Assembly (NCBI GenBank): GCA_965205085.1
Contig: OZ242039.1
Span: 3,954,277 to 4,018,276, forward strand
Length of the DNA stretch: 64,000 bases
Origin: Bryobacterales bacterium
Lineage (GTDB): Bacteria > Acidobacteriota > Terriglobia > Bryobacterales > UBA6623
Reading direction: 5' to 3'
Shown: in pieces, positions 30,320 to 39,593 of the stretch
Numbering within the stretch: position 1 is the first letter of the stretch
Layout of the letters: the number at the start of each line of letters is the position of its first letter
Position numbers and translations under genes: made by a program
Notes under the pieces: model-generated
What the model saw: only the letters and a program-made list of their open reading frames with translations
Database searches by the model: none
Told to the model about the DNA's origin: nothing

Positions 30320-30410
30320 AACTGCGACCAACCCCAGCGGAGGTGCTGCACCTCCCGTCGGCCGCGGGACCTCCGCATCCCGCAGCCGGGCATTCGGTCT
30401 TGGAGGGTTC

Positions 30411-31814
30411 ATGAAGAGATCCGCCGCAGCGCCAGTGGCGCTTATCCTCGCCTCGTGCGCTTTGGATCTGGCGGCTCAGCCCAGCGAGGCCACCCGACGG
30501 CTGCAGGACCGCAACACGATGTTCGTTCCGACCGTGACGAAGGTCGCGGACGACGTGTTCACGGCCACCGGTTACCAGGTATCGGCCAATTCCATGATCG
30601 TCGGCGTGGATGGCATCATCGTCGTCGACCCGGGGCAGTTGCCGGCCGCTGCCGCCAATGTGCGGGATGCGTTCCGCGAGATCACGGACCTTCCCGTCAA
30701 GGCCATCGTCTACACGCACGGCCACGGCGACCATACCAACGGTGCCTCAGCGTTCTACGAGCCTGGCCGAGGCATTCAGGTTTGGGCACGCGATAACTTC
30801 GGCTCCGAAGCGACAGCCGTCCAGCGGAAGGGTCTGCGAGCTCCCTCCGGGCTGCGGCTTTCGAACTCGCAGGGTTTCGATCTCCTCCCCGAGCAGAAGC
30901 TGGGTATCGGCATCGCCATTCCACCCGAACGGCGCCCGGCGGGCAACATGATGCGGGACGGTGTGGGGCGTGGGGCTGAGCGAAGCTCGTCGACACCGGC
31001 GGGCCGCATCGAGCCCACGCACCGGTTTTCCGAATCCCGCAAGGAACTGACCGTCGCAGGTGTGCGCCTGGAGCTCGTGGCGGCGCCCGGAGAGACTGCG
31101 GACCAGCTGTACGTCTGGCTTCCAGACCAAAGGGTTGTGTTTGCCGGAGACAACTTCTATCAATCCTGGCCCAACGTGTATCCCTTGCGGGGCACCGCGC
31201 GACGGTCGCTCAGGGACTGGATTGCCAGCGTCGACCGCATGGTGCAAGAAAACCCCCTGCATGTGGTCGGTGGACACACCATCCCGATCCTTGACAGTGC
31301 CTTGGAAGTCCTCACGAACTACCGTGATGCGATGCAGTGGGTGCTGGAACGGACTCTGGAGGGTCTGCGCCAGTACATGACACCCGACGAGCTGGTGGAC
31401 TATACACGGCTTCCGGAACGTTTTGCGCAGCTCGATTATCTTGCGGACTACTATGGCACGGTCGAGGGGACTGTCCGGGATCTCTATGCACAGGATCTGG
31501 GCTGGTTTGACGGGGACCCGCTCAGCCTTCACCGCGAGAGTCCCCGCAAGCAGTCCGAGCGCATTGCGGACCTCGCGGGAGGAGTCGATGCCCTGCTCGA
31601 GAAAGCGCGCGGCGCGTTGCGACGAGATGATCCGCTGGGGGCTGCCCAGCTGTTGCGCCATTTCATCCGCCTTCGGCCCGAGAACCGGGATGCCAAGCTC
31701 TTGATGGCCGACGCACTTGCGATCATTGGTGAACGCACGTTCAACGCACCGGTCCGAAACTACACGATCTCGTCGTCGAACCGCTACCGCCGGCTCGCGG
31801 CCGAAGGCCAGTAG
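30411..31814 (+). CDS. Metallo-beta-lactamase-fold alkyl/aryl-sulfatase (SdsA1/BDS1-like)
   Basis: RBS GGAGGG and a signal peptide. YTHGHGDHTNG is the HxHxDH motif. PGETADQLYVWLPD is followed by a dimerisation-domain-like C-terminus (DYLADYYGTVEGTVRDLY...GWFDGDP). Confidence 0.85.
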   Translation: MKRSAAAPVALILASCALDLAAQPSEATRRLQDRNTMFVPTVTKVADDVFTATGYQVSANSMIVGVDGIIVVDPGQLPAAAANVRDAFREITDLPVKAIVYTHGHGDHTNGASAFYEPGRGIQVWARDNFGSEATAVQRKGLRAPSGLRLSNSQGFDLLPEQKLGIGIAIPPERRPAGNMMRDGVGRGAERSSSTPAGRIEPTHRFSESRKELTVAGVRLELVAAPGETADQLYVWLPDQRVVFAGDNFYQSWPNVYPLRGTARRSLRDWIASVDRMVQENPLHVVGGHTIPILDSALEVLTNYRDAMQWVLERTLEGLRQYMTPDELVDYTRLPERFAQLDYLADYYGTVEGTVRDLYAQDLGWFDGDPLSLHRESPRKQSERIADLAGGVDALLEKARGALRRDDPLGAAQLLRHFIRLRPENRDAKLLMADALAIIGERTFNAPVRNYTISSSNRYRRLAAEGQ

Positions 31815-31817
31815 GCG

Positions 31818-33167
31818 CTAGAGCCGGGCGCGCAGCACGCGCAACGCTTCGATGGCGTCCGAAGCCACATCGTCGTTGGTGTCCTTGCTGAGATTCTCGA
31901 GGTAGGCAACGCTGCCCTCGTTCCCGCTCTGGCCGAGCACGAAAGCCAGGTGGCGGCGTTGCGCAGCCGTCCCTGTTGACAGCGGCACGTACAGAGGTTC
32001 CAGCAGAGAGGGGTCGCGGCAAAGCTCGACCAGAAATGGCCGGGCCTCCAGCCGGTGAACCCTGGAATTGAGTCCCTCGACCAGGTATCCGAGCAGGACA
32101 CGGTGCCCCAGACTGACTGCGGCGAAGGCCAACGACAGTTTCGCTGATTCGGACCTCTCCTCGGCAAACAGCTCCTCGATCAACTGGACATCGGCTGGCA
32201 TGCCGATGCGACCGAGGCCCTCTGCCGCTGCCGCCCGGAACTGGTCGTTCCGATGACGGATGTAACTGATGAACAGCTCGCGCTGGTCATTGTCCGGAAT
32301 CTTGGCCAACGCGATGAGGGCATGCTTCCGGATCCGGTCGCGGTCTGTTTCGGAGATGATACGCACCAGGTCGTCGACCGCTTCCGATGTTCGTAGCTGT
32401 CCCACGGCCTGGATGACCGCCTCCTGCACGTCGGGATCAAGATCCCGCAGCAGAAACACGATGTCGGGGCCTACGGAAGGGTCGCGCAGCTTCTTGATCG
32501 CTTGAACCGACTCCAGGATGATCGTCGATTTGCGGGACCGAACACCCTCGACGAGCGCGTCGAGCGCGTCGCGGCCGAGCAGGACTCCGACCGCGCGGGC
32601 CGCATTGGCGCGCGCCTCGTCACTACGGCCGTGCTTCACGACCTCGCCCAGTGCCCGAACCACGTCCGGGTTCACGTCGATGTAGGTCGGAACCACCTCT
32701 TCGGCGGGCTGGGAGAACTTCGACTTGAGCGCCGACGCGAAAGCAGAAACCGTTCCCATTCGCCCGAGCTTGGCGTAGCCCGGAAGGTAGAAGTCCACCA
32801 AGCCATCCACAGCCAGCGCCTGGATCCTGGGCGAGAGATCGGCCGTTGCATCGATCAGGAGGGGCTGGGTCTCGATCGCCCGCATACGGATCAGCGCCAC
32901 GACCGCTGCCCCCCGCACTTCCTCGATCTCGTCGTCGACCAGAGGAGCGAGTTGGTCCAGGTACCGGAACCCGTCCGGGGAAACTCCGATCCGTCGGGCC
33001 GCCTTGGCGCGCTGGTTCGGCTGGGAGGCTGACAGGTCCGCTGTCCAGTCCTGCTGGGCTACGGCAACGCCGGCGGCCAGCAGCATCGCAACGGCGATTC
33101 CGTGCCAAGAGAACATCGTCCTTCTCCCGGGCCTCGGGGGCTTGACGGTGCGGGAGCGGCTGATCAT
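31818..33167 (-). CDS. HEAT-repeat protein (secreted or periplasmic)
   Basis: Repeated ...D.D..VR..A..AL... helical pairs and an N-terminal hydrophobic segment. The ATG overlaps the upstream stop (ATGA). Confidence 0.75.
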   Translation of the reverse strand: MISRSRTVKPPRPGRRTMFSWHGIAVAMLLAAGVAVAQQDWTADLSASQPNQRAKAARRIGVSPDGFRYLDQLAPLVDDEIEEVRGAAVVALIRMRAIETQPLLIDATADLSPRIQALAVDGLVDFYLPGYAKLGRMGTVSAFASALKSKFSQPAEEVVPTYIDVNPDVVRALGEVVKHGRSDEARANAARAVGVLLGRDALDALVEGVRSRKSTIILESVQAIKKLRDPSVGPDIVFLLRDLDPDVQEAVIQAVGQLRTSEAVDDLVRIISETDRDRIRKHALIALAKIPDNDQRELFISYIRHRNDQFRAAAAEGLGRIGMPADVQLIEELFAEERSESAKLSLAFAAVSLGHRVLLGYLVEGLNSRVHRLEARPFLVELCRDPSLLEPLYVPLSTGTAAQRRHLAFVLGQSGNEGSVAYLENLSKDTNDDVASDAIEALRVLRARL

Positions 33168-34000
33168 ACGTATTCCAGTCGAACGCTCCGGCGGATCAGG
33201 CCCGCTGCATGCCCCATGTCCAGCAGGCGCTGGCCTGCCTCCAGCACCTCGGGAGCCATGCCGGTCGTGTGGCCGTTCACGTACATTCCGACGAAACGGT
33301 CGGCCAATCCCGCTTCGAGTCCCCGAGAGAACTGCAGCGCGTACTCCAGGGCCTCCTCTCGATGATCCAATGAGTACCGGATCGTTTCCGACAGCTTGCG
33401 GCGCGCCTCTTCCTGGACGTCACGCGGTAGACCCCTCAAGATGCAGTTACAGCCGAGTGGCAACGGCAGTCCCTGGGTGCGCTTCCACCATTCGCCGAGA
33501 TCGACGACGCAGCGAAGCCCTGCGTCCTGGTAGGTCAACTGCCCTTCGTGGATGACCACTCCCGCGTCCGCCTTGCCGTCGCGCACGAAGTCGAGGATGC
33601 GGTCGAACTCGCATACGATCGTTTCGATGTTGGGCTCGTAGAGCTTGAGTGCGAGGTACGCGGTGGTCAACAGGCCCGGGATCGCAATGCGCTTTCCCGC
33701 AAGGCTCTCGGACTCGGTTCCGCTCGGCACGACCACACTTGGCCCATAGCCGTCGCCCACGCTTGACCCCGCAGCCGTCAGGATGTAGCGGTCGGCGACG
33801 TACGGATACGCATGGTACGAGATCGCCGTCATGTCGTAGCGGCCGGTCTTGGCGTCCTGGTTGAGCGACTGGATGTCTTTCAGGACGTGCCTGAACTCCA
33901 GCAACTCCGACTCGACCTTGCCGGTCGCGAGGGCGTAGAACATGAACGCGTCATCAGCGTCCGGACTGTGGGCTATCGTGAATTCCCGCTTGTTCCCCAT
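33164..34000 (-). CDS. MqnA/MqnD-type (VitK2_biosynth / periplasmic-binding-fold) family protein
   Basis: The N-terminal IAHSPDADDAFMFYALATGKV motif and the overall two-lobe pattern fit this family. The exact enzyme was not determined. Confidence 0.6.
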   Translation of the reverse strand: MGNKREFTIAHSPDADDAFMFYALATGKVESELLEFRHVLKDIQSLNQDAKTGRYDMTAISYHAYPYVADRYILTAAGSSVGDGYGPSVVVPSGTESESLAGKRIAIPGLLTTAYLALKLYEPNIETIVCEFDRILDFVRDGKADAGVVIHEGQLTYQDAGLRCVVDLGEWWKRTQGLPLPLGCNCILRGLPRDVQEEARRKLSETIRYSLDHREEALEYALQFSRGLEAGLADRFVGMYVNGHTTGMAPEVLEAGQRLLDMGHAAGLIRRSVRLEYV

Positions 34001-34045
34001 GCGGCTGTTAGACTCAGGTTACCAGACCGTTCGGCGCGCAGGTTG

Positions 34046-34420
34046 ATGGAATCGCAGACTCCCAAGAGACTCCTCGTTGCCATCCCCGACCTGTACTTCG
34101 GATCGAAGGTCTTGGGTGTTGCCCGCCATCTTGGCGTCGAAGTCGAGATGGCAGGGTCGAGGGCTGCAGTTGTGGAGAGGGCCCGGTCGGGCGTGGATCT
34201 GATCCTGGTCGACCTGGATGCGGTCGAAATGGATCCCATCGGGGCGATTCGAGACATCCGGGCCGGAGCCAGCCCTCGGGTAGTGGCTTTTGCCAGCCAT
34301 GTCCATGCCGACCGGCTCGAAGAAGCCAGGGCAGCGGGCTGCGACGAGGTTCTCACGCGGGGCGGGCTCGCGTCGAGCCTGCCGTCTCTGCTTGCACCGC
34401 TCAGATCGCGACCGGAGTGA
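34046..34420 (+). CDS. Receiver-like (CheY-fold) single-domain protein, atypical active site
   Basis: KRLLVAIPDL...DLILVDLD...PRVVAFASH...AGCDEVLTRG has a receiver-like beta-alpha pattern. The conserved Lys position reads H. The 3' end overlaps the glgC 3' end by 20 nt. Confidence 0.5.
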   Translation: MESQTPKRLLVAIPDLYFGSKVLGVARHLGVEVEMAGSRAAVVERARSGVDLILVDLDAVEMDPIGAIRDIRAGASPRVVAFASHVHADRLEEARAAGCDEVLTRGGLASSLPSLLAPLRSRPE

Positions 34421-35654
34421 TCGGAATCGTTGTTCGGGAACCCTCGACGACCACGATTCCGCCACTGGAAACGTGGTATCGATTCCGGTCCGACTCTTCG
34501 TCGTACCCGATCTTGACACCCCGCGGGATGCGAGCGTTCTTATCAATGATCGCCCGCCGGACCTGCGCTCCCGCGCCGATGTGGCAACGGGCCATGACAA
34601 TCGAGTCCTCCACTGTCGCACCACTGTCGATGTAGACGCTTCGGCCCACGATCGACCGAGTCACGGCCGAGCCGTGAAGGACACAGCCCTCAGCCACGAC
34701 CGAGTCGATGGCCTCGCCACCACGGCCCTCGGTGTCGGTGAGATAGCGTGCAGGCGCAGCCGGATACTCGGCAGTCCGCAACGGCCACTGGCTGTTGGAT
34801 AGATTCAGTGCCGGACGAATGGACCGAAGATCCATGTTCGCGTCATAGTAGGCCTCGACCGTGCCGACGTCGCGCCAGTAGCCGTGATTCTCCGGCCGCT
34901 CCCCGGGTACCACGTTCGTCAGGTAGTCGTACGCATAGACGGGCATCTCGCTCACCATCTTCGGGAGCATGTCCCGTCCAAAGTCGTGCCCGCTGTCCGG
35001 CTTGGCCGCATCCCGGCGGAGCTCGCCAACAAGCACCTCCGCATCGAAAATATAGTTGCCCATGGAGGCTAGGCACCAGCCCGGCCGGTTGGGAATCTCG
35101 GGCGGGTTCGCGACTTTCTCGTGGAAGCCCACAATTTGCCAGTTCTCATCAATTTCCATCGTCCCGAACCGGCTGGCCTCCTCGACTCGAATCGGGAGCG
35201 CCGCGACCGTTCCCTTCGAACCCTTGGCGTGGTGGTAGGCGATCATCTGGCGGATGTCCATGAAGTAGATGTGATCGGCACCGAACACCGCGACGGTCTC
35301 CGGCTGCGAAAGCTCGATCAGGTGAATGTTCTGATGGATGGCGTCGGAGGTGCCTTGATACCAGCGCTCCCCCTTGCGCATCTGGGCGGGCACGGGAATG
35401 ATGAACTGGCTGTTCAGCAGATCGGAGAAGTGCCATGCGTTGCGCATGTGTTGCAGAAGCGACTGGCTCTTGAACTGGGTCAGAACGTAGATCGAATAGA
35501 TGCCGGAATTAATGAAGTTGCTCAGCACAAAGTCCACGATGCGATATTTGCCGGCGAACGGGACCGCGGGCTTGCTGCGCTCCTTCGTGAGTGGGAATAG
35601 GCGCGTCCCTTTGCCCCCCGCCAAGATCAGTCCGAGAACTCGTTCGTATCGCAT
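34401..35654 (-). CDS. glgC: Glucose-1-phosphate adenylyltransferase
   Basis: The start at 35654 gives [52 protein letters not shown] left-handed beta-helix forms the C-terminus. Confidence 0.92.
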   Translation of the reverse strand: MRYERVLGLILAGGKGTRLFPLTKERSKPAVPFAGKYRIVDFVLSNFINSGIYSIYVLTQFKSQSLLQHMRNAWHFSDLLNSQFIIPVPAQMRKGERWYQGTSDAIHQNIHLIELSQPETVAVFGADHIYFMDIRQMIAYHHAKGSKGTVAALPIRVEEASRFGTMEIDENWQIVGFHEKVANPPEIPNRPGWCLASMGNYIFDAEVLVGELRRDAAKPDSGHDFGRDMLPKMVSEMPVYAYDYLTNVVPGERPENHGYWRDVGTVEAYYDANMDLRSIRPALNLSNSQWPLRTAEYPAAPARYLTDTEGRGGEAIDSVVAEGCVLHGSAVTRSIVGRSVYIDSGATVEDSIVMARCHIGAGAQVRRAIIDKNARIPRGVKIGYDEESDRNRYHVSSGGIVVVEGSRTTIPITPVAI

Positions 35655-36717
35655 ATGAAATCCGTTTGAGACGGATAAACCAAACTCCCTGCCTAGCCGT
35701 AACTTCAGTATACGGTTCTGGAGCGAGCCCCCCTTCGCGCCCCTACGGCCACAAATCGGATCGCAGCGTGCTGAAGGCTGTGTCGTCGTTCGTGTCTTCG
35801 ACGAGTTCGCATCCTCCACAACGATGAATTTCCGGCATCCGCGGATCATGGCGTGTTTGACGGTGACCGCCATCTTGTTTCGTTCCGGCGGCGTCTGCCC
35901 ACATATGCTCATCTGCTCATCCGGACCTTGCGAACGCCGCAACGAAGAGTGGCATCATTAGCAGTGCAGAGAGGCCACCGGATTCGGTGCAGCAGGACGA
36001 GCCGGCGACGTTGAGTGCTTGCTATTGAAGCAGCCAGGAAGGGAGGCGGTCACAGTGACCGACTGGAATCGGGAGGTGGGGAGCGTGAGGGGCAGCGGGC
36101 ACGGGATGGGAACCGGGGGAACTGAGCGGGACCGCGCTAACGACAGCGGCCGGCATAGGATCGCCATCAGTTCCACCGACCGATCACATTGCACGGCTGT
36201 ACCCGCCAAGTCCCTCCATACCAGCCAGAGTCTGCCCTATCACCTCACTCGCTGGCACCGCAATTGCATGCAGGGGAACGGTTGGGAAGCAACCTCCTCC
36301 AAGACGGGCGTCTCCCGGCCCCTGTGAGTGTTCCTCCGTCACACCTGTAGGCTCGGACCGCTTCCCAAGCAGCCAGCGGCCAAGGTGCCGGGGTCGGCGC
36401 ACACGCCCGTCGGCGCACGGGGCGTGGCGCTGAGGCAGTCCGATACTGCCTGTACCCTGCTCGATCAGGCTTGGTGAGGTTCGGCTTGCGTTCCCAAATT
36501 CGAGGATGGGAGCCAAAAGGATGGCGCGACAACAGTCGGCGAAATTGTCAGGCGGAGAGGGGGCAACCCCGAACTGTGGCACCACCATCAATTGCGAGGC
36601 CGAGTAGTGGGCTATGGCTGAAGCGCGGCGCTCATCGCGCCGCGGGGCAAGGATGTCGGCAAGGACCGCAGCACGAATCTGCGCGCGCAGGCCCGTCAGT
36701 CGGCAGTCGACCAGGCG

Positions 36718-37542
36718 ATGGCGGCCGCCGAGCGTAACAACCCGTCGGTCGACTGCGAACTACTTTGCGACTTTCCTTGGCTGGCCTTGGACAGGCGGCG
36801 GCTCGGCCACATCTGCGACCTCGGCAGCAACATCCGGGCGGACGTCAAGTTCCATGATGTGCTCGTCCTCATCCTCGAGTGCCTCCGGTCGGACTTCGTG
36901 AGCGCTGAGGCCAAGAAGGGTGGCGAGTTCTCAATGGGAACGTCGGCACGGCCAGGGTGGAAATGCGCGTCGACGGTCTCGAGTCCAACTGACCGCCCCC
37001 CGGACTTGCAAGCCGATTTCATCCTCGCTGACCAGCCGGGTCACGTCTCGGACTGGGGCGGTGAGTGGTTGATGGAGAACCAGTGCCGGTGCTGCGGAGT
37101 GCCGGCGAACGACGACGCCAACTTTGCGCAGGTGCAGCACATGGTGCACCATCTGGACCTGGCTGGCGTGGCGTGGAAGGTGCGCGCGAACGGGTCGATG
37201 TGGTCGAGCCACTTGGGCCGGAGCCACCAGAGCGAGGCTGACTTGGTGAACCAAATGGTCGCGCAGGGAAGGGCCATCTCCTCGACGCCGATTGCAGCGT
37301 GCCTGTGGCGTCTGGGACGCCGGCGACCGCCGCGCGGTGAGACCCTGTTCAGCGACGAGCACAGGGCGGGCCGGATGGTTGACGGAATGCTCCGCGTACT
37401 GAACGCCGGGGAGCCGTTCGAGGGTAAGTTGCGGCCGGTGGTCGGGGAGTTGCAAGTGCCGCCGCCGCGAGGGACAACTTGGCGGCCTTGGGCTTTCCGT
37501 TACGCTGGGATGGCTGATGAGACTCGAGTTGACACCGCTTGA
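36718..37542 (+). pseudogene. hsdM: Relic of a type I R-M methyltransferase subunit (hsdM): catalytic motif lost, internal deletion
   Basis: ...AEAKKGGEF (GGEFYTP region), then ADFILADQPGHVSDWGGE where the NPPF motif reads DQPG (37030-37041). Further matches are GVPANDDANFAQVQHMVHHL, ANGSMWSS, SEADLVNQMVA...STPIAACLW and RGETLFSDEHRAGRMVD. Only about 45 aa separate GGEF from the NPPF position, so the AdoMet-binding segment appears to be missing. Confidence 0.7.
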
Positions 37543-37957
37543 TGATGCGATTGCACAGCTTGAGGACGCGCTGGATTATCACGACTCGGACCCGGTGTTG
37601 CGTGACCCGGCTCGCAGGCTGCATCTCAGAGCCGCCGCAATCCAAGCCTTCGAGTTCACGTACGAGTTGTCCTTCAAAATGATCAAGCGCCATCTCGAAC
37701 AGGCATCCGAAAATCCCGCCCAACTCGATGAAATGGGCTTCAACGCCATCCTGCGCGAAGCCTTTCGGCGGGGACTTGTGCAGTCCGAGGTGTCCGCCTG
37801 GAAGGAGTACCGGAAGCTTCGGGGCACGACGAGCCATACCTACCACGGGGACAAGGCTCAGATCGTCTTCGAGGGCATTCCTGCCTTCCTCCAGGAAGCC
37901 CGATACCTCCGGGACCAGCTTCGGCAGAGGAACGAGTCCCTTGACGCCACCAATTGA
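37517..37957 (+). CDS. HEPN-domain protein, HI0074 / nucleotidyltransferase-substrate-binding family (toxin-type partner of MNT)
   Basis: 146 aa with FEFTYELSFKMIKRHL and the Rx4H motif in WKEYRKLRGTTSHTYHGD. The reading frame is intact. Confidence 0.8.
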   Translation: MRLELTPLDDAIAQLEDALDYHDSDPVLRDPARRLHLRAAAIQAFEFTYELSFKMIKRHLEQASENPAQLDEMGFNAILREAFRRGLVQSEVSAWKEYRKLRGTTSHTYHGDKAQIVFEGIPAFLQEARYLRDQLRQRNESLDATN

Positions 37958-39566
37958 CATCCGCCCCGTCGACTTGCGCATCGTCTGGGAGGTGCTGCGC
38001 CAGCATCTGCCTGCCGGCGTGAGAGTCTGGGTCTTTGGGAGTCGCGCGAGCTGGATGACGAAGGACTCGTCCGACCTGGATCTCGCACTGGACGGGAAAA
38101 CCGCGATCCCGCTTAGCAGACTGTCCGCACTGGAGGCAGCGTTCGAGGACTCGGACCTTCCTTACGCCGTGGACATCGTCGACCTCAAGCGTGTCAGCGA
38201 CCGATTCCGACGCCTCGTGCAACTGCAACGCATACCGTTTCCGGCAGCAGAGGAATCGCAGGATCGCGGGAAGTGGAAGGATGTCCCGCTCGACAATCTC
38301 GCTGACATTTACGACGGTCCTCCCGCGACTCCAGGGAAGACCCGGAGGTGCCCGGTTATTCTTGGGATTTCCAATCTCGCTTCCGTGCGTCTCGATCTCA
38401 CGCAGGCAGAGCATCTCCCGGAAGCCGACTACGGAAGATGGATGCGTCGCGTCATGCCCGCGCCGAACGATATCGTGTTCTCCTACGAGACACGCCGTGG
38501 GCGACGAATGGGTTTGATCCGCCCGAGAGACGGAGAAATAGACGCGAGGTATCTGCTGTATGCGTTTCTCGGAGACGGGGTTCAGAACAGGCTGCGGGCA
38601 CCAGCGGTCCACGGAAATACAGTCGACCGGATTCTGCCGACCGAGGTGTCCGGCGTCCCGGTCCGAGTGCCCCAAGCTATCACTGAGCAACGTGCCATCG
38701 CTCAAATCCTCGGTAGGCTGGACGACAAGATCGACTTGAACTGTCGGATGAACGAGACCCTGGGGGCGATGGTGGATAGCCTGTTCCGGTCCTGGTTCGT
38801 CGAGTTCGACCCAGTCCGGGCCAAGATGGTGAGCCGCGACCCGGGGCTCGCGAGGGAGTTCGCCGAGATGTTCCCCGACCGGCTGGTGGATTCGGACCTG
38901 GGGGAGATTCCGGAGGGGTGGGTTGTCGGGACGCTTGGCGACATGGCCGATGCGTCGCGGCGCGGGGGAGATCCCGGGCAAGCCGCCGGCGACACGCCCA
39001 GCGTCGGGCTGGAACCGATTCCGTGTAGGTCGATTGCCCGGACTGATTGGGGCCAGGTCGGGAGAGTTTCGAGTACCGGGACGGTCTTCGAGAATCGGGC
39101 TTCGCCGTTGGGGAAGCTGCGGCCCAGCTTCCCCAGGGCGGGCATCGGCCCCGTGAACGGCGTCTGCCCTGCGGACATTGTGATGCTGAAGGCCCGGAAG
39201 CCGGCATGGTCTGCTTTCGTTCTTGCTTGCGTCTCGTCGTCCGGATTCGTCAGCTACGCGAACCAGACTTCGACAGGCATGCAGATGCCGCGAACCAGTT
39301 GGCGCATGATGAGCAGGTACGAGATGTGCCGGCCCTCCGAACCTGTCTTGGCGGCGTTTCAGCAGATCGTGTCGTCGATGGTGGAGGGAATCGTCGCCAA
39401 TGTTCACGAATCCCGCACGCTTGGCCTTCTCCGGGACACGCTGTTGCCAAGGCTGGTTTCCGGCCAGTTGCGGGTGACGGGGCTGGACGGCTCGAGTATG
39501 CACGAGGACCGTCCTCCTCCACCGGCCGCGATACCCGGAGCCTGCCGGAGCGTCGACCGTGGTTGA
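37941..39566 (+). CDS. Minimal nucleotidyltransferase (MNT, HI0073-like) reading in frame into a degenerate type I R-M specificity subunit (HsdS)
   Basis: MNT part: VWVFGSRASWMTKDSSDLDLAL...LPYAVDIVDL. There is no stop before the HsdS part. HsdS has two target-recognition domains and conserved repeats: EQRAIAQILGRLDDKIDLNCRMNETLGAMVDSLFRSWFVEFDPVRAK and ESRTLGLLRDTLLPRLVSGQLRV. Several normally conserved positions are altered (DGPPATP, LEPIP, KLRPSFPR, VCPADI). The start is taken as the TTG at 37941 and is uncertain. Confidence 0.7.
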   Translation: MTPPIDIRPVDLRIVWEVLRQHLPAGVRVWVFGSRASWMTKDSSDLDLALDGKTAIPLSRLSALEAAFEDSDLPYAVDIVDLKRVSDRFRRLVQLQRIPFPAAEESQDRGKWKDVPLDNLADIYDGPPATPGKTRRCPVILGISNLASVRLDLTQAEHLPEADYGRWMRRVMPAPNDIVFSYETRRGRRMGLIRPRDGEIDARYLLYAFLGDGVQNRLRAPAVHGNTVDRILPTEVSGVPVRVPQAITEQRAIAQILGRLDDKIDLNCRMNETLGAMVDSLFRSWFVEFDPVRAKMVSRDPGLAREFAEMFPDRLVDSDLGEIPEGWVVGTLGDMADASRRGGDPGQAAGDTPSVGLEPIPCRSIARTDWGQVGRVSSTGTVFENRASPLGKLRPSFPRAGIGPVNGVCPADIVMLKARKPAWSAFVLACVSSSGFVSYANQTSTGMQMPRTSWRMMSRYEMCRPSEPVLAAFQQIVSSMVEGIVANVHESRTLGLLRDTLLPRLVSGQLRVTGLDGSSMHEDRPPPPAAIPGACRSVDRG

Positions 39567-39593
39567 TGTTGCCCCCTCGTTCGGGATTGCCTG

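Noticed and set aside
36471-36737. An HsdM N-terminal domain remnant (LWLKRGAHRAAG... resembling LW..AD.LRG).
   Set aside because: The similarity is limited to two or three residues. It is not distinguishable from chance by eye.
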